Shown: positions 59,348 through 64,000 of the stretch, piece after piece
How the letters are laid out: each line of letters opens with the position of its first letter
Position numbering within the stretch: the first letter of the stretch is position 1
Source of the DNA: Microbotryum violaceum
Lineage: Eukaryota
Direction: 5' to 3'
Assembly: GCA_001244265.2 (NCBI GenBank)
Contig: CDLV01000008.1
Coordinates: forward strand, 2,046,001-2,110,000
Length of the DNA stretch: 64,000 bases
Notes under the pieces: generated by a model
Database searches by the model: none
The model's input: only the letters and a program-made list of their open reading frames with translations
What the model was told of the DNA's origin: nothing
Position numbers and translations under genes: made by a program

Positions 59348-62300
59348 TCACACCTCCCAATCTCGAGCCCCAGAAACAAAACCCGCCCGAGAGAGAAAAT
59401 CTCGCTTGAACGCTCTAAGTGCACTGGGGATCGAGGGAGGGGCCACGACGCGGTCCTTCTCGAACCGCTGGTGGACGTGCCAGCGCAGCAGGTGCAACCG
59501 CTAGAACCCAATCGCACAAGCCAACCGAACCCACATCCACTTCGAAGTCGTTCTCCCACGACCCCGCAAAAGGGGGAGCCCCATAGTCAGCTGCTCCTGG
59601 GTGAACGTCGACGGATCGACGTCGGTATCCTCGATGCCGAGCTTGTCGAACAGAATGCGCAGCACCCCGCTCCAGTAGCTGGCCGAGTACGCGCACCCGA
59701 AGAAGTAGTGCGACACCGTCTCGATGACCGCTGCATCGTTGCCACAGAACAGACACGACGGCGAAGAAGCATGGCCCTGGACATGTTGCTTCTTGCGCGT
59801 CGGTGTCACATCGTACATAAGCCGCCAGTGGGTGTCCTGCTCCGCAGCAGACGCGAACCGGTCATGAAGCCAACTCCAGAAGCGCTGCCTCCCGCTCTGA
59901 GAAGTCCCCTCGGGGAAACGCTTGACCCGAGGCTCCTGAGGTTGCCCACCAGGCAGAGCTCGGTCCTGACGGTCCTTCCCCGGGAACCGAACCGTGTTCA
60001 CAAGCCGACGAAGCTTGCGAATCGTGAACGGTCGAGTGAGCCCAAAGAAGTTGAAGCACCGAGGATGGGGATCCTCCTTGAGAGGGATCCTAGCGGGTCG
60101 CACCGCGGTCTTGGGCAGCAAGGCTTTCGCCTTGAGCAACTGACCCACGCGCGACCACACGTGCTCGTGCTGCAGGGCTGGTTCCTTAGAGTGCTGCCAG
60201 AAACCGCGTCGATGACCAACCAGAGCCCAGCCCTTTCCTTCGTCCCTCCAGTACAGGTCCGCGATCTGCGCAAACTTCGCCACTGCGTCCGCATCGTCAT
60301 ATGCGTGCTTGGCACCTTCAGCATAGAGTGAAGGGAGGCGAGGCGGAAGCGAGAGCAATTCGGGGAGCGTAAGGAGTTCGGACTTGATGGTTGGTAAGGT
60401 GACCCTGGCCGCTGCAACGACTGCCCCCAGCGCGTCGAGTCGCGATACAGCTTCTCGACCCGAGCCGTGCTGCTGAAGAACCCCCACGGACTGAAATCGC
60501 GGGTCGCAGCGACGAGGGACCTCCAGCTCTCGCGAGCTAGGGGCGCCCAGATCGCCTCGTTCGAGCCCGCCACAGCATCCCAAAATCGAAGCGCCACCGA
60601 ATGAACGATGTCGCCGATTAAAATCAAGCCCAAGCCACCGTCCTCCCGAGCCTGGAACACGAAATCGCGAGCGACGGTATTTCGCCCTGCTCCTCCCCAA
60701 ACAAAATCCGTAAGTGCTGTCTCCGCCGCCTTAATGAACCATTGAGGCGGTATGTCGAAGGACAGCACGTGGAGGACCGTCGAGATGATGTGAGCGTTGG
60801 CATAGAAGACCTTCCCACTCGGCGAAAGTGTCCGGTCTCCAGCGGCGCGGGTCTTGGCTTTGATCCTGTCAAGAACATGGGTCCAAAACAGTTTCGAGTC
60901 ACCGTGGCGAAAGAAGGCATAGCCGCACCACTTGAAGCTCTCCCCCTCCTGCACCGTTGGCAGCGCCTGCGCAGTCTCGTCCCGAAGCCAGTTCGGTCCG
61001 AGTGGTAGCACCAGCGTCTTGTCCGTGTTGGTCTTCCCGTTGGTTGCCTCGTACCACGTCTGCGACAGCGTTTCCAGCTTCGACAATGCCGCCGGTGACT
61101 CCACCACCACCACAGCATCGTCGGCAAACGCCAGATGCGTAAGCTGCGCACGTGGCCCCCCTGGCCACACCTTCTGCAGGTCGAGCGCGATCCCGCGCCG
61201 AACGAGGGCGTCGAGGAAGGGCTGGAACGTGATGTTCCAAACCGGGCACGAGAGGGGATTCCCCTGACCGAGACCACACAGCAACCGCACCAACTCCGTG
61301 GGGAACCTATTGATGAGGTAGCGCACCCCCAGAGTCTCGGGATCGTACAGAGCGCGCAGCAGGGAAATGAAACGCTCACCAAAGCCAAAGGCCTCGAAGA
61401 CGTCGAAGATCCATGCGTGATCGACCCGATCGTACGCGCTCTGCTGATCCAAGGACAAGAGGGCGCCCTCTGGGAAAACATCAGTACCGAGTGATCGGAG
61501 TTTTTCGAGAAGGAGAGTGAGATGACTTCCCGCGTCCGCTGAACGTCTTGATGGCATGAACCCGTGTTGCGCCGGCGGCAAAAGCTCGCCGAGCACCCCA
61601 TTGAGTCGCGCCACCAAGACCTTGCTGAGGACCTTGTAGGTTGTCTCGCGCAGTGTGATCGGTCGATATGCCCCCAGTGATTTCAGATTGGCCCCCGGTT
61701 TGTTCTTGGGCAAAAGCCGCACCAGCCCCTCTGCCAAGGACGCCGTCATTTTACCCCCCTCCCAAATCGAGTTGAACAAATCCAACAGCTTGGGACCAAA
61801 GTAGGTTGGCAGCGCCTTGAAGAGCTCGTACGGAATGCCCGAGGGCCCCGGTGATCGCCCCGAATCCGTCTTCTTCAACGCCGCTTCAACCTCGAGGAGG
61901 GTGAAGGGCTCGTCAAGCGCCACTCTCGCTTGACGAGGCAGCCGACGACCGAACGTAGGGTCCGAGCGGTCGTCATCGTAGCATTTCGCCGCGCGAATAG
62001 GGTCGAACAGGGACCGACGTGGGTTCGTCGGGTCGCCACGAGCTGGGTCCGGCGTGAAGAGCGACTGTGCGTGCCGTGAAGCAATACCCAGCGCCTCCTG
62101 CATGTCAACGGTCTCGGTGCCATCCACATCCTCCAGCGAGACGATGCTCGTCTGGCGACTCCGGCGGTTGAGACGCGTGCGAATGCTTGCCGATTGACCT
62201 TCCCTCGAGTCGACTGACGGCACATGCGCACGAATGCGCAGCCACTGAGCCTCCTTTACCGCCAACTGGTCCAACCGCGACTTGGCAAAAGCATACGCAT

Positions 62301-63386
62301 CGCGCTCGGCCTCATTCATGTGCTCACCGCGTGCCTCCAAAGCCTCCATGACGGATTGGCTCTCGGACCGCAGTCGGCGCATGTCGGCACGAGTCGAGCG
62401 GTATCGTGCATGGCCAGCGACTGCAACCGCCCGCAGAGCGGCGTCATAGACGTCGCCGAGCGGAGCGGTCCCCTCGAGCCTTCGATAGACCTCGTCGACG
62501 ACCCCGGGAATCGATGCGACAAAGTCTTGATCGTCAAAGACCGTTGGGTTGAGCCTCGAAATGAAATCGCTCGTAGAGGGAAGAGAAAGGGGGGTTCGGC
62601 ATCAGCGTTCGACGTAGGCAATGCGAAAGTCGCAACTACAGGTCTGTGGTCCGAACAGGGCGCGTCGAAGAGCGTAGAAGCGCTCAACAACCGGTTTGCC
62701 CAACTGCATTGGACAAGAATATAGTCGATCCGCGACCACGAGCAAATCTTTCGCTCCTCCCCTCTACCACGGTAGTGAGGACGAGTGAATGCGGGGGTGC
62801 AAGAATGGACATGTCGGACCGTGTCGAGTGCCTTGAACGCGATCTTTGACAGCAAAGTCTGCCAGTGCGATACAGGAGTCCAAGCGCGATCGGTGATGGA
62901 CACTCGGTCGACCGATACATCCGGACAATCATTGAGATCGCCGGCCAAGATCCGAAGAGTCTTGGGTCTCGGGGCGTTGAAATGCAGGAGCCCGAAAAAG
63001 TCGCGACGATCGTCCTCCTGTACCGGCGCGTACATGTTGATGATCTCAACATCGAGCTCCTCAAGACGAAACACCGAGCGCAGAATCCGACCGTCGAAAC
63101 GAGGAGCTCCTGCAAAGACGACCGGGGTAGAGGAAAGGAGATGGCCCGCCAAAGGTGAGCCATCGGGTATGAGGGTAAGGACATGAGGAGTGAAACGAAT
63201 ACAAGCCCCTGGCCAAGCACTCTCGAAGCCTTCGCGCGACGCGTTGTAGCTGAGGTGGTGCTCTTGCAGGAGAATGGCCGCAGGGGCCGGCCGAAGGGTT
63301 TTGAGATAGCGGATGATTTTGACTTGGTTGACTGCGTTCTTGATCGATCGGACGTTGAACGTCAACACGGTGAGAGACTCAATCAT
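59348..63386 (-). CDS. LINE ORF2: AP endonuclease, reverse transcriptase and C-terminal CCHC finger (two frameshifts, one premature TAG)
   Basis: TFNVRSI, LQEHH, NMYAP, AGDLND, SRIDYIL, SDHRPV; SPGPSG, YRPITL, QHGF, LDQQSAYDRVDH, GLGQGNPLS, LAFADD, GGLGL; CLFCGN...ETVSHYFFGC. Confidence 0.93.
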
Positions 63387-64000
63387 GAATAAATTGGATC
63401 AGCGCCGCCCCCTCGAATTCGGTCATCTCGGACCTGTGACCCCCTGAGCCGTCACCCCCTGATGCACCGAGGATCATGGCGGATCCCGCCCGGGTGACAC
63501 GTCGGTTGCCGGGTGCCGAGCTCGAACGAAGGCGTCGAGGACTCGTCGAGGCTATCGAGGTCGTCGAGGTTGCCGATGATTCCGACGTGCCACCGGACAA
63601 AGGCGATGCCGGAGCAGAAGCAGAAGGCGAAGGAGAGGTCGGGGTCGAAACGGGCGCCGCTGTCGTCGTCTGCGTCTCCTTTGTTGGGCCCGTGGTCGCA
63701 CGGGTCAACGTCTCTTTCCCAGTGTCGCCGCCCTCCGGTTCGGTCGAAGCGACCGATTCGCCGTCGTCGTCGTCGTCGTCACTGTCGCCGTCGTTCGCAT
63801 CGTCCTTGTTGCCGGTCGCTGCACCTGCGGGGTTAGCACGAGGTCCCAGCTGGATCATGTTCGTGCCAGAGGCACGAGAGTTCAATGCGGCGGGCCCACC
63901 GTGCTTCCCATTCTTTCCAGCAACTCGGAAGCCGGTGGTCGAAGTCGAAGTCGAAGTCGAGGCCCCCGGAACAGGGGCGGCGGTGGCCGGAGTCGAAACC
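63379..64000 (-). CDS. LINE ORF1 C-terminal low-complexity region (partial)
   Basis: S/T/P/D-rich frame whose stop codon overlaps the ORF2 start. Confidence 0.7.
   Translation of the reverse strand, partial: VSTPATAAPVPGASTSTSTSTTGFRVAGKNGKHGGPAALNSRASGTNMIQLGPRANPAGAATGNKDDANDGDSDDDDDDGESVASTEPEGGDTGKETLTRATTGPTKETQTTTAAPVSTPTSPSPSASAPASPLSGGTSESSATSTTSIASTSPRRLRSSSAPGNRRVTRAGSAMILGASGGDGSGGHRSEMTEFEGAALIQFIHD

Overview
Intron-rich, GC-rich eukaryotic DNA, most likely from a basidiomycete fungus (Microbotryomycetes/Rhodotorula-like; inferred from short GTGAG/GTAAG...CTGAC...YAG introns and gene content). Conserved genes are an anion:cation-symporter MFS transporter, a peroxisomal acyl-CoA oxidase (-SKL), DENND6, a GT25 glycosyltransferase, RDH54, TPA1, a DNAJC8/Spf31 J-protein, GUP1 and LAA1. 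Accessory DNA lies between them: a truncated Helitron, an ~8.5 kb transposon graveyard (GATC-repeat MITE, MULE/SWIM remnant, gag-like relic, a 2.8 kb element with 104-bp TIRs), a tandem DUF4246 pair (both interrupted, one by a solo LTR with a 5-bp TSD) and a nearly intact L1/Tx1-like non-LTR retrotransposon at the right end. The most unusual signal is two unrelated ~300-bp imperfect fold-back inverted repeats (705-1346 and 13823-14558). Each appears to have arisen by inverted duplication of the 3' part of a decayed gene, and each has promoter or splice signals pointing into the hairpin antisense to that gene, so they are candidate gene-derived long-hairpin RNA (siRNA precursor) loci. A compact pseudoknotted structured-RNA candidate lies at ~29984-30165. 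Many 1-nt frameshifts fall in homopolymers and are probably assembly errors. Exon boundaries were read by eye and family calls come from motif recognition, not database searches.
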